Assembly (NCBI RefSeq): GCF_006345805.1
Contig: NC_043008.1
Coordinates: 78,182,001 to 78,246,000 of the forward strand
Direction of reading: 5' to 3'
DNA: 64,000 bases
From: Octopus sinensis
Taxonomy: Eukaryota
The notes beneath the pieces were generated by a model. That model made no database searches. It saw only the letters and a list, made by a program, of their open reading frames with translations, and was not told the origin of the DNA. Shown in pieces: positions 49,430 to 62,020 of the stretch (within the stretch, counting starts at the first letter, position 1; every line of letters begins with the position of its first letter). The translations under genes and the position numbers were made by a program.

Positions 49430-52400
49430 TGAGGCCTAAAACTGTTTGACAAAGCTCCAGAAGTCAGCAATGCGTGGACAGTGTACGAGAGCATGCAGAA
49501 CGGTTTCATCTCGGGCAAGCCCGACAGACTGCACACCTGTGCCTGTAGAGCTTATCTCGAACCGGTAGAGCCCCCCATCCCGGTAGCACTGCCAGATCAG
49601 GGATTTCTGGAAGTTATCCATAGTTCCCGGTCCGAAAGTCCTCCGGAGGAGACCAGCCAGTTGATCACCCCGATACCTAGGACCTCTCAGAGTAGGTCAT
49701 CGCTCTTGCCCTCCACTTATCCCCAATAGAACTACAAGGTGGAACTTCCACCGACCGTATTGCCAGACTGGCAGAGGGCTGTGAGCGCTTGGCAACACTC
49801 TAGGTGCTAAGCGCCCTTCCTCGGTCTACGATTGATCCAGGGCTGTAACTCCGTCAAGGAGACGAGCCGCGGAAAAGCGAGTTGAACAAACGGTGACCAC
49901 ACCTGCTCACAGTTAAGGCCTCGCTGGAGATATCGCATCCTCAACCACGGCATGTCCAGTCCTCCACGCAGCGGGTGCCGACAGTAAAAGGACTATCTGA
50001 CAGGCGCTACCTGTCCCCTCCACAGGAAGCGGAAGAGCACACTCACCAGCCCGTTCAGTCACAAAGCGGAGCAAGAGATGACAGACAGGAGGTAGTATAT
50101 GACGGATGTGGTGTACGTATTCGTCACCTGCGCCCGACTTCTCAGGGACAGCTTCCTCTCGGCCCATTTCTGGGTGAAACTGGCCACCCTGTTTGTCACC
50201 TGTCACCTCGCCCCAGTTCTTGCCCACTTGGAGATCCAGACCGAACCGGACCCCGAGCAACTTAACAGGTCCTTCCATCCAGCGCCCCACCATGCTGTCA
50301 GTTAGCAAGGGCCTACCTCTCCTGGTGCCGAGCTACAGGCCCACTGACTTCTCCTAGTTGATCATTGCTCCTGTCACCGTTTCGTATTCCTTCAGGATAG
50401 TGCCCACCATCTCGACTTCCGAGATGTCAGACACTATCACGGTGACATCGTCCGTATACTCCGACACGAACTTTACGCATCCCAGTTCACGCGGGATGCC
50501 CCTCGAAACCTTCAGCTTCCGCAGTATTGGCTCCAGTAGGTAGAGAAGGAGTGAGAGTGGGCATCCTTGATGGCCCGAACGTGCGATACTAAATGATTCC
50601 GAGAGGTGACGATTTCCTTTGACCACCGAACAGATTTCGCATCATCCACTAATCTGTCAACCACAAGCATCAACTTCTTTGCTAAAACATTGGCCAAAAT
50701 TTTGTAATCTATATTTAGAAGAGTTACCGGCCTAAAATTATCATCAATGTCTCTCTTTTTCGGATCCTTTCTCAATAGCGTCACCACACCTTGGCTCACA
50801 GATCCGGGTATCGCCCAATCTGCAGCCAGTTGCTGTAGTCGTCTCCCAAATCTCACCAAACAAGTCTAGTATATGCATATAAAGCCCAAATGGCAGACCA
50901 TCCAATCCCAGAGACCTATCCCTCGTGCAACTAGCCAACGCGTCATGTATATCTTCAGCTGTCATCGGCATTTCGCAGAACTCCACGTCTCTGGTTGAAA
51001 GCCGAGGCATATCATCAAGGTAGGAAATGAAGTTCACCTCCGCCTCCGGACCTACGAGCGCCCAGTACAGTTCAGCAAAGTGCCGCTGAAATTCCGTACA
51101 AATCTGCCTAGACTCGTGTTGCATGCACCCGTCCCAACCCCTCAAGGACCGAAATGTAGATTTATTCCCACGTTGCACCTCTGCTACCCGAGCCCATCGA
51201 ACAGCTTTCGTTCCCTCTTTCTTTAGAGCACGCGCCCTAGCTCTAACAATGCAACCATCATGCTTAGTATTGAAGAATCCCTCTTCGCTATACGTCTACT
51301 AAGTGCCTCTGCTAATTTCCTAAGTAGGTCTCCCTCTATTCTAGTCTTCTCTATCACTATTTCTCTGCTAAATTCTGCAGCTTCCACTCTAATAAGTAAG
51401 GAAAGGAAAAAAGAAGTGTAACTTACCCTCCTGATACTCTTTGTGGTCGAGTGATTCTCCCACCCTGTCTGTTTTGTTAGGTTCCTCTGGAAACCTCTTA
51501 TTGCACCCGATAACTTCCGATAGACTAACTTGCTAACCCTTTCTGATGCTTCACGCACCAGAAAAGACGCTTTCAGCTTCCAGTACCCAGGAACCCTGCC
51601 TATGGATCTTGTGTATGTCAACCGTGCAGATCACACATTTGTGGTCTGTGTAGCCGACGATTTTGAACTGTGAGCAACCTATGCTACTTCTTTCTACTGC
51701 TCTACAGAATATCCTGTCTAGATACGATTTGGTGCTATTTGTCCATGTCCACATTGGCCCATTCGGGAAATCCAGTCGGTACCTCTTGGCAAGTTGGAAG
51801 ATGCCGAGAAGGCTTGTGAGGCTTTTACCTACCTCTCCAGTTAGCTAGCCCCACCCTGTCCAGGTGTGCATCCAAAATGGAGTTCTAATCACTCACAAGC
51901 ACTAAAAAGCTTTACGCCGCAAGCAAAACATCGAGACATCTGAAGAAATACGGCTGCCCCTTCCCAGACACAACGACTAGTCTAAAACCATCACCTTCGC
52001 TATTGCTCACATCCAGGACCACAAACTTACCATCCGGGTCCAGGAAAATCATCCGAACTGCGGGATCCAGGCCCTTCCTAAACAGTACTGTCACCTCGCC
52101 TCCCATTCCAGGACGACTAAGAGATGGATCTAAAATAAGGATTAAATCGGGTGTGCCGGAAATCCTGGTTTCGCTGACGGCTATGACATCCAAAGCTAGT
52201 GACCTGAGGTCATTAAGAAGGTGGTTTTGCTTCCAAGGTGACTTCAGGCCACGAAAATTTACACAGCCCACTTTAATCATCACCATGCCGACTGGAACGA
52301 GTTGCAAGAAAAAAAAAGAGCGGGGTGACATACCCTACCGGTGCTGTTAGACAGATGGCCTAACCTCCGGAACTGGTTGGGATTTCTCTGGGAACCTCTT

Positions 52401-54290
52401 TAAAAGTCTTTTGGAAGCTATTATATTAGGGTTTCCTATATCATGAGGAAAGACCTCACAAATATTTTTGTAAGTTGTTAGCGCCATAGGCATTAACAAC
52501 TCCTCTTCGGACACTTTAAGAGTTCTGGTGTTGTACATTGCTTCCTCTCTCTCAATCTCTTCCCTTTGAGTTGTGTGGGTCATCAGATCTTTGTTTACTT
52601 TCATCACCAGCACAAAATTTGGGGTCTGTGAATTTATTAGGTTTTCAGAAAGCTTTCATTTGGGGGCAAAGTAGAGTTGTGCTAGTGGTTGTAGCTTTTG
52701 TTGTTTTGACTGTTGTAGAGCAGGTGGGGTTGTTGTTTGTGCGACTGTATTTGTTTTGTGCGCATTTTCTGCGTTGCCCGACGTGTGCGCTGGTGTGAGT
52801 CCAGATGTTTTTCTCCTGCGGTTTCTTTTTAATTATATTGGCTTTTGTAGTTCCTCGTCATCTTCATTTCAAAATGTGTGGGAGTCAAAGTCTGTATCAT
52901 CCATCTTCTGTTTGTGTAGGTGTCTGTATGAGTGTGTGTTTGAAAGAGGGGGAAGAGAGCTGGGTTGAGGAAAACCCTAATAGACCTCCTTGTTGTCAAT
53001 TTTTGGTGGTGACGGTGGTGGCCCCGCTCACTCCTCTCCTGTTTTTGTTTTGTGGGCAGAACGCCCATAAATCATCTGTCGTGTCACAGACATTTGTCGT
53101 GTCACAGACGTCTACCCTCCACAATCACTCTAAACTCAGTTCCATTCTGCAGGTAGATCAGGTGAGAGACCTCTCCGGCTTACCTGGATTTACATGGAGC
53201 AGCATCTCTAGCGAGATCCCTATCCATTTCTCCCTCCTTAATCTCTTGATCCCCACGAGAGTGTCACTCTCAGCTTTTATCAAGCAAGTTAGTACCCACC
53301 ACAAATGTAGTTCTAGTGGCACCCCCTGTATGGTAATCTTGCGTAGAGAAGAGCACAGATTTCTCGCTGCCGCTGGCGGCCACCGAGTGATGCGTTGCTA
53401 GGGCCTCAACTTTAAATAAAATTTCCGCCATACCGAACTGCTTTACCCTCAATATATGACCGATGTATTGCCATATATCTTGTAGGGTCCTTTCTATTTG
53501 GACGTTCGTTTCGTTTCGAGCTGTTTTCATTTACGGCTAATACGGCGATATGTCACTATTTTCTGGCTGTAGCTACCAACGATTCAGGTAGTGAAGACAC
53601 CTCTTCCCGTCTCCCATCGATTTTTCTAATTTTAGCCGCATTCGCAAATTTAGAGGCTTTGTCCTCTAGAGAGAAGGAAAAGAGTTCTTTTGAGGCGGCT
53701 GCACCGGCTAAAGAAATCTTATTATTGTTGCTGGTGGTGGAGTTGTAGCCACTTACGCTATTGCTGCTGTCACTACGTCTACCGCTGCCTCCAACCACTC
53801 CGCTTTCACTGCTTTTGTTGTTTTTACCCCCGCGGCTTGAGTCAACGCAGCCGTTACTGCTACTACTGTCGCTGCTACTGCTGCTATTCTTATCTCCTTC
53901 ACTGTTCATGCCGCTTGACTGCCATTCCCACCACTTCTGCTGTTGGTATTGCCACTGCTGCTACTGCTGCTATTGTTGTCGCAATCACTCTTACGATTGA
54001 CACACTCGCTTCGCTTGACAGGGTAGACTTTGATCTGTTTCCATCTCTTTTGTCTCCTCTCCTTATTTTTGGTAAGACAAGGAAGTGGAGGGAATTTTTC
54101 CGTTGTAAGAAGACTGATCGGAAGAAATGTCTTTTCTTTTAATTGTTTTAAGGTAGACGCCGTCATCTTGTTGAATTTGTTTTTAAACGCCTCTTGAGGG
54201 ATTTTGTGGAGATCCCTTGCAGAGCCAAACAACCACAGAAAACTCATTAACCTGTTCCTGGTTCAGTAGCAAATTGGATCGAAAATTCCA
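49430..54290 (-). mobile_element. near full-length L1/Tx1-like LINE (ORF1 plus APE-RT-Zn ORF2), frameshifted
   Basis: APE MIKVGCVNFRGL..DVIAVSETR (~52280), YLDRI and YTDH; RT SLGLDGLP, FRPVTLLNIDYKILA, QGCPLS and YTDD (~50446-50458); C-terminal ETVLHALVHCP..FW; ORF1 fragments at 52350-54250. Confidence 0.9.
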
Positions 54291-54379
54291 TACAAAAAAC
54301 AGAACCAAACGGGTGTAAATAATGAATATCATAAGCACTTACTTAGAGCGTTCGAAAACACGTCCGTCGTACTACACAG

Positions 54380-54414
<35 letters not shown>

Positions 54415-54550
54415 ATAATAATAATAATAATAATAATAAGAAAAGAAGAAGAAGAAGAAGAAGAAGAAGAAGAAGAAGAAGAAGAAGAAGAAGAAGAAGA
54501 AGAAGAAGAAGAAGAAGAAGAAGAAGAAGAAGAAGAAGAAGAAGAAGAAT
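54380..54550. repeat. (CTA)n(ATA)n(GAA)n triplet repeat
   Basis: Direct reading. Confidence 0.98.
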
Positions 54551-54689
54551 GATGATAATAATAGGATCCATAACCAAACAGGTGGTAGTAATAAGAATGA
54601 TAAAAATCAGTTGTAATTTAAGAGGAGGAAAAGTGTATCCTTTAAACGAATTATATATTGGGTAGAACATAGTCTGCAAGCGCACTGTT

Positions 54690-55860
54690 ATAACCCAAAA
54701 TAAAATTCACTATTATATAGGATGTTGTGCAACGACATTTACGCTTCGTTATTACAACCTCATCTCGTCATTTAAACACAGAAATAAAGAAAATTTGACT
54801 TCGCTTAGCAAGCTAATACGGCAACTTAAGAGACATCAAAACTGAATATGAATTAGACTGTCTTTCGTTAGAGCTAAATCATATGAAATAGGATGAACGA
54901 AGTGTCAAGTTTGCCTAGAGGAGTTACTCCAAATACTTACGTCAGAGAGTAATATAATTAACCGGGGACAGGAATTAACAATGCACTGTAAACATTTCGG
55001 TAATAAATCTTTTAACAGGTTCTCGAGATAATTTTAATTCAATAGTGAGAGACAATGGTCAAAATGAGCATAATGCCTAACGGATAAATGCAGGTTATCT
55101 AATTTATGTTTTGTTTTGATTTTATTTATTTTATTTTATTTTATTTTATTTTTTTATTTGGTTTTTAGTTCATATTATTTTCTATATACTATCCACTTTT
55201 GCTGCAGCTTCCTTCACCTTCCCATTCATTCCATTTACCCTTTATTTTGTTTAATACACTTCAATGTGAGATCATAGTAATATCGCAATTTTAAAGATTT
55301 AAGTGGTCACGGGAGTAAATGGCCATTATCAAAATTCCATATACTATTTGGATAGTATTTGACCTAAACACAATGTAAATGTTTTTGAGTATGTTGACAT
55401 AATTACACGTACTAAAGTCACAAATGTTTTTATTACTATCCACTCTTTGATTTCTGGCTATCACATATGCCTTCCTGTCTTCATTCTTCCATCCCATGCC
55501 TCCCCTCCTCTATTCTTTCTCGTCCTTTTCTTTTTTCTTTCTCTTTCTTTTAGTTCTTCTCCTCCGATTCATCACTTCTTTTCCCCTTTTTCTTTTAATC
55601 TCTTTTATACTCACCTTATATTTACTTCATCTTTTCGCTCCCTTTCCCATGCCTGTATCATTTATTTATCATTGTTCTACTTGGTTTTCCTCAGAATATC
55701 ACAACACTGATGAGGATAACATTTTCCTAAACCGGTCAATGGAACGAGTGAGTAAACCTATTAATGAACGAACCTATAATGACTACAGGAAACAACTGTA
55801 AGTTGAATTTACTACAACAAAGGAATACGTAATGCCCATTATTTATAACTTGTGTTATAT
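54690..55860 (+). mobile_element. Penelope-like element 3' remnant: GIY-YIG C-terminus, pLTR and broken HHR
   Basis: LSKLIRQLK...RAKSYE..KCQVCLEE around 54800-54930; CTGATGA-GGA..TCC-TAA-ACCGGT-C at ~55707-55737 (G12 changed to U). Confidence 0.6.
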
Positions 55861-56395
55861 ATATATATAATCAGCACCAACCAGTGTTTAAGCTGAAGCG
55901 AACTGTGGGTTAACTAAAATATGTTTGTGACATATTTCAACTTCTAAAACCAAATCTACTGCAGTTACCACGGAAAAAATTCTCTCTTACAGTAAAAACA
56001 CTATATTTGTCCAGTATTGCCACCTGTTGGATTCTCAGACGCGTTTCTAGCTCTTTAGCCGTTATTGATGGGAAGTACCGAAGAGAGGCAACTCTAGATA
56101 GACTTAAAGCCGTAGCTTTAACTGATATACAGTCAACAACATTAGACCACCAGATTGGACGAAATTCAGCAGTATTAGTACTAAGCAGTGTTTATGCTTA
56201 AGCGAAGTTTAGGTTAGTTCAAATACGTCTGCGATATATTTCAAATTCTAAAGGCAAATTCATTGCAGTTACCGTGCAGTTCTTATAGTAAGAAATTGTA
56301 AAAACATATTTTAACTAATCTAAAGTCCACTGATATATATATGTGTTTGTGTGTGTGTGTGTCTGTGTGTGTGTGTGTGTGTTGTGTGTGTGTGT

Positions 56396-56431
<36 letters not shown>

Positions 56432-57029
56432 TGTGTTTGTAAAAGATCTTCACACATTGTTACTCAGAGTTTCACGTAAGGGTTTGTCATACAGTTGCCA
56501 TATATTGAATAATAAATTATGTAAGTGTATACAATATAATGGCATAATATAATGTTAGAGTTCAACGAATAAACATTTCAGCTTGATTGCGTGGTTTGTT
56601 TCAAAAATATAAAATGATTTAGGTTGGCTACAAATAGGGTTAATTTTAGCGGAGGAATCAAAATATCAGCAGTAAATCAATCGATAAAACATTTTGTAAA
56701 AGCGAGAAAATTAAAAATACAATAGACACTGTCTAGAATGGGAATTGCAAATATTTAAAAGGAATATAATGGAAGTGCAAAAGGAGGTGTTTTGTAATAA
56801 AAAAAAAACATTGCAAATTAGAAGTGAAATTAAAAATTAAAAATCAAAAGGTTGTAGATGAGATAAAATAGACAGAATCTACGCCAAAAATAAAAAAAGA
56901 AAGAAGAGAGGAAGAAAACAAAGAAATAAACATAATAGCAAAAGAGAGAAGAGAAGTAAAAAAAAATCCTAAGAACAGAAAATGAGTGGGAGACGAAAAA
57001 AGAGATATGAATAAAAAAGAAACAAGAGG

Positions 57030-57335
57030 ATACCCAGGTAACGCACCGATTCTAACTCTAGCAATGCACTGCCCTTGGTCCTATGTTTTCCGATTATAGT
57101 CTGTTCGTAGGCCGATAGCGGAGTGCTTGAAACTTATTAGTATTGAGCTGCATGTTATTTTCATCAGCCACTTTATATATTGCATGCTGGTCATTTTGCA
57201 GCTTTACTCTATCATCGGGATCCTTGACTGCCTGAGATACCTTTATATCATCATCAGCACGACTGAGGGCATATCTGAGAGAGCCACTACAAAGTGTAGT
57301 GTCCCAGAACAGTTCCCTGAGGAAAACAGATTACA
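57030..57335 (-). mobile_element. CR1/L2-clade RT fragment
   Basis: PQGTVLG..FVVALSDMPS..ADDD.KVSQAVKDPDDRVKLQND..ADENNMQLNTNKFQALRY. Confidence 0.8.
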
Positions 57336-57336
57336 A

Positions 57337-57619
57337 AGGAATAAAATGTTTATCTTATGAACTTCATTGGCATACAAACTGTTTCCACTATTAGATGCTG
57401 CGGACTCATAGTTGAGTTCCTAAGTAATACTTTATAGTTTCATCGGAGCTTCAAATATGAAGTGGAATATATTTGTGAAATATTTTCCCAAATCAAATGC
57501 ATTTTATGTTTAAAGCTCTGACAGAAGTGTTACTTAGGCACTCACTTATGAGACCACCACGTCTTATAATGGAAACAGTAGTGGGCTAATGAAGTTCATA
57601 AGATAATCGTTTTATTCCT
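57337..57619. mobile_element. MITE-like element with ~55-bp imperfect TIRs
   Basis: AGGAATAAAATGTTTATCTTATGAACTTCATT... pairs with ...AATGAAGTTCATAAGATAATCGTTTTATTCCT; no TSD found. Confidence 0.55.
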
Positions 57620-57721
57620 CTGTCATTTCCCTTCAAATTACCGCTCTGTACTCGATCAACACTCCGTTCTGAAGCATATGTATACCGAGTTCTATCATTA
57701 GTATCGCAATGTCGAAACGAA

Positions 57722-57775
<54 letters not shown>

Positions 57776-57783
<8 letters not shown>

Positions 57784-57839
57784 CAATCCTAAATCTGATT
57801 TTTCCCTGTAAGTTTGGATTTATTCCCTAATATTTATTA

Positions 57840-57902
<63 letters not shown>

Positions 57903-57922
57903 CGTGATATATATATATATAT

Positions 57923-57962
<40 letters not shown>

Positions 57963-58270
57963 ATATTAGGGAATAAATCCAAACTTACAGGGAAAAATCA
58001 GATTTAGGATTGAATCCAATTTTATATTAAACTATTATATTATATTAAATTAGAGACAAAACCACTATTATGCAAACCAAACAATGAAAGACTTAAGCCA
58101 ATACATAAATTAATTTATATTATTTAGATATCTAACAATTATTAAAAAATACAATTAATATCCACTACGATTGTTTCCTGTTTCTGTCATCAAAATTTTG
58201 AGTAGCAGACATTCATCAGGTGGTTTCAAAATTTTCTTGGCGAGTTTTAAACAATGTCTCTAATTTAATA
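57776..58270 (-). mobile_element. PLE pseudo-LTR with an inverted partial copy across (TA)n
   Basis: 57776-57843 is the reverse complement of ~57953-58020; HHR fold at 58162-58223. Confidence 0.7.
58162..58223 (-). ncRNA. minimal type-I hammerhead fold with canonical core and weak stem III
   Basis: CCAC-CUGAUGA-A-UGUC[19 nt]GACA-GAA-AC[11 nt]GU-A/GUGG. Confidence 0.5.
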
Positions 58271-58428
58271 TAATATATATATATATATGTATGTATATAT
58301 GTGTGTGTGTGTGAGTGAGTGTGTGTGTGTGTGTCTGTGTGTCTGTGTGAGAAATAAAGCATATTACTCTACCTCTGGTATGTGAGTACTCTTTTTTCCA
58401 CCTTGTTTCACGTTTATGTGCTTACTCC

Positions 58429-58522
<94 letters not shown>

Positions 58523-58523
<1 letters not shown>

Positions 58524-58821
58524 GAGGCGCAATGGCCCAGTGGTTAGGGCAGCGGACTCGCGGTCGTAGGATCGCGGTTTCGATTCCCAGACTGTGCGTC
58601 GTGAGTGTTTATTGAGCGAAAACACCTAAAGCTCCACGAGGCTCCGGCAGAGGGTGGTGGCGATCCCTGCTGTACTCTTTCGCCACAACTTTCTCTCACT
58701 CTTTCTTCTGTTGGCCTGCTCGCTTAGCCAGCGGGGTGGCGTCATTTGAAGGCTAAAAAACAATGCGAAGCGCATTGTGACCAGCGATGTGTAGCAACAT
58801 CTGATAGCCTAGTCGGTCACG

Positions 58822-58835
<14 letters not shown>
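58523..58835 (+). mobile_element. tRNA-derived SINE, full length
   Basis: A box TGGCCCAGTGG, B box GTTTCGATTCC; head shared with 16550. Confidence 0.88.
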
Positions 58836-58882
<47 letters not shown>

Positions 58883-58889
58883 TTATCTG

Positions 58890-59065
58890 TCTGTGTTATT
58901 CCCCCACCATCATTTGACAATCAATTTTAGCGGTTCAGCAAAAGGGCCGATAGAATAAGTACTAGGCTTACAAAGAATAAGTCCTGAAGTTGATTAGTTC
59001 TACTAAAGGCAGTGCTCCAGCATGGCCACAGTCAAATGACTAAAATAAATAAAAGAATAAAAGAA
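58890..59065 (+). mobile_element. SINE 3' half
   Basis: GATAGAATAAGTACTAGGCTTACAAAGAATAAGTCCTG...GTGCTCCAGCATGGCC.CAGTCAAATGACT, as at 19700-19800. Confidence 0.85.
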
Positions 59066-59599
59066 TCATATATATATATATATATAAATATATACAAATA
59101 TATATATATATATATACATATATATACAAACATACATACATACATACACATATACACAAGCATATTTACACACACACATACATACGTTTATACTCACATG
59201 GTGTAGTCAAGCATGTATGTTATATGCAAACATGAAAATAGCAATACAGTAAAAAGCAAGCTATAACAGAGAAATAAACGGAAGTACTAAATACATATAT
59301 ACATACATACATACATACATACATATACACAGGCGTATGTACGTACATACATACATGCATGCATACATGCGTGTATACATACATACACACGTACATATAT
59401 ATGACGAACTAACTGTTACTTTCTCAGATGCAGCACGGATTTTTGTCAGTGAACAGGTCGTGGATTTTAGCGACGAAAATATTTTGAGAAATTAAACTTA
59501 AATGTTGAAGTGAATCGAACGGCTTTTGTGTGTTTCTTAAATGACTTACAAACAGCTTCCACGCTGCAATTGTAAAAATAAAGGTGAATTATAAAATTA

Positions 59600-60240
59600 C
59601 TAGCAGAGGCACCTGGCGTTGCTCGGCGTGTGAACGCCTTGTCATTCTAAGAACACTTATTTCCTAGTCTAACAACCAGCGCAGCTGAAGCTGTTTTGAA
59701 AATTCACGAAAACGTACAAAATATTTTCGAAATATGTCACAGCTGCAAAAATAGAGAAAAATACCGGTTTTTCTTAGAAAATTTGAAATATATGGGTGTA
59801 TAATGACGTGAAATTGATGAAAGTATATACAAAACTGTACAAACTTACTAACTTTTTACGCCCGACTAATTTAAATAAAAGGAAGTCAATTTGTAGACAG
59901 AACTTAAATACCCCGTTTGAGTGTATAAAGCTCTAGAAGAAAATAGCTTGTGTGAAAAACCTTAAGCTGCTTCAGGATAGCTTTTTCTAAAGCATTACCG
60001 CTCAGTAGCGTGGTTGAAATCTCATAGGTTAGTAATAAAGGCTTATCGGCTGTATGTGGTCCGTAGTAGTCATACGTACGCATGCACGACCGCACAAACT
60101 GCATTTTTCGATAGAGGGAGAAATGTAAATAGTGTATTTAAATAGACGGAGTGCAAAAAATTTTTAAATAAGTAATGTTGTAGGGAGAACGTACACATAT
60201 CGTAAAGACATTTATTTACGCGCGACAAAACTGAAATACA
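59600..60240 (-). mobile_element. Helitron-like element 3' terminus
   Basis: Minus strand CCGAGCAACGCCAGG hairpin remnant then ..GCTAG|T at 59600; the 5' limit is uncertain. Confidence 0.5.
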
Positions 60241-60589
60241 TTTCAGTCAATTTTGGGGCAGATGTGGCAAAACTGTCTTTCTGTCTCACTTCCCCCCATT
60301 ATGTTCTATATTTCCTTTTTTCTCCTGATTTTATTTCCCTCTCTTGTTTTTTATTCGATTTCTTTCTTTATCTCCCTCTTTTTCTGTTTTCATTTTTTTT
60401 ATTTCACATTTCTATTTCGCTATTATCGTTACTTCTTTCGTTTTTCTTTCTTTTCTATTTTAATTTATTTCATCTCATCTACACCTTTTTAACTCTTAAT
60501 TTTTAATTTCAATTCTAGTTTTCAATTTCTTTTATTTTTACCAAACACCTTTTGCACTTCCTTTTAAATATTTGCCTATCTATACGGGT

Positions 60590-61540
60590 GAGCATGGGCA
60601 AATATTCGGGTAAAGATGGGTGTACAGTGGAATGCCTAAAGAAAGATTGTTGTGTGTGGTTTGTAAACTCTATGGGAGAATTCTGATTGTAAGGTTGAGG
60701 AACCAGACACAGGGTACTAGGGGAGGAGCAGTGCAGTTTTAGGAGTGGAAGTGGGTGTGCAGATCAAATATTTATAGTGAGGCAGATGTGTGAGAAGTTT
60801 TTGGCAAAAGAGAGGGAGGTGTATTGAGCCTTTATGGGCCTAGAAAAAGCATGTGACAGTGTGGATAGGGATGCAATGTGACAGGTGTAGGAAGTTGATG
60901 GTAGATTGTTGAGAGCTGTACAGAGTTTTTATAGAGAAAGTCGGGTGTGCGTTAGGGTAGGTGGTAAAGTAAGTGAGTGGTTTGATGTGAAGGTGGGGTT
61001 AAGACAGGGTTGTGTGATGTCTCCGTAGCTGTTTAATCTATATATTGATGATGTGGTGAGAGGGGTAAATGCTAGAACCTTTGGTAGGGAAGCCCAAATG
61101 GTGGGAGAAAATGGAGAGAAATGGCAGGTGAGTCAGGTGTTGTTTGCTGATGATACAGTACCGGTGGCGGATTCGGAAGAGCAACTGAGCAGACTGTGAT
61201 AGACATCAGAACCAGAGGTTTGTGTGCATGGATGAAGTGAGGAAAGTTTTCGTGGTTGGAATGAGAGAAGCAAGAGAGTTTATAAAAGATAGAAAATCTA
61301 GGAGTGTTTGTGGACGGTGAGTGAATTTCATGTTGCTCAAAGGGGTACAGAACCAGCATGATGCGGCGGGGGTGAACAAGCATATGCTGTCGGGCCCCGC
61401 TGCTGACATTGAGGACTGCGTTCTATGCCTTGACCCGAGCATACAACGAGACTCGCCTCTTTGAGCTGGGAAATGAATGGACTTCCCGGTGTGTGCTTTG
61501 TTGTGGCTACCCCCTATTGAAAAAATAGGGTGCGGGCCTG
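60590..61540 (+). mobile_element. RTE-clade LINE (RT and 3' end, internally deleted)
   Basis: GEEQCSFRSG.GC.DQIFIVRQ.CEKFL..AFMGLEKA; VKVGLRQGCVMSP; LFADD at 61143-61154. Confidence 0.9.
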
Positions 61541-61749
61541 GATATATAAAAATATATTTGCAATTCCCGTATCTGCTCAGAGTCTATTTTATTTTTTATT
61601 TTTCTCACTTTTACATGTTTTATCGATTGAATAATTGCTGATATTTTGATTTGCCCACTAAAACTAACCTCATTTGTAGCCACCTTAAACCATTATATAT
61701 TTTTGAAATTAATTACGCAATCAGATTGAAATGCTTATTGTTTGAACTC

Positions 61750-62020
61750 TTAGACTATATTATATCATTATATTATATTTACTCATATAATTTATTAATC
61801 AGTATATCGCAACTCTCTGACGACGGCAGAGTAACAGTTTGTGATGATTCTTTCGGCTTTGATAAATAATACATTATATGCATTATTTACATTTGACGGA
61901 TATTTGTCCTCATCTTTGTTGTTATCGCAACGTTTTGGCTGATATACCCTCCAGCCTTCGTCAGGTGTCTTGGAGAAATTTCGAACCTGGGTTCTCATTC
62001 CTAAGGTATTTTTCGATGTT
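61750..62020 (-). mobile_element. PLE pseudo-LTR with a G12A-mutated hammerhead (~61925-61980)
   Basis: Minus strand ACAC-CTGACGA-A-GGCTG GAGGGTATAT CAGCC-AAA-ACGT-T-GCG. Confidence 0.6.

Noticed and set aside
61810-61860. CTGACGA on the plus strand as a further hammerhead
   Set aside because: No stem II closure followed by GAAA. The same applies to CTGATGA at ~27624, which is the Tc1 FSDES coding sequence.
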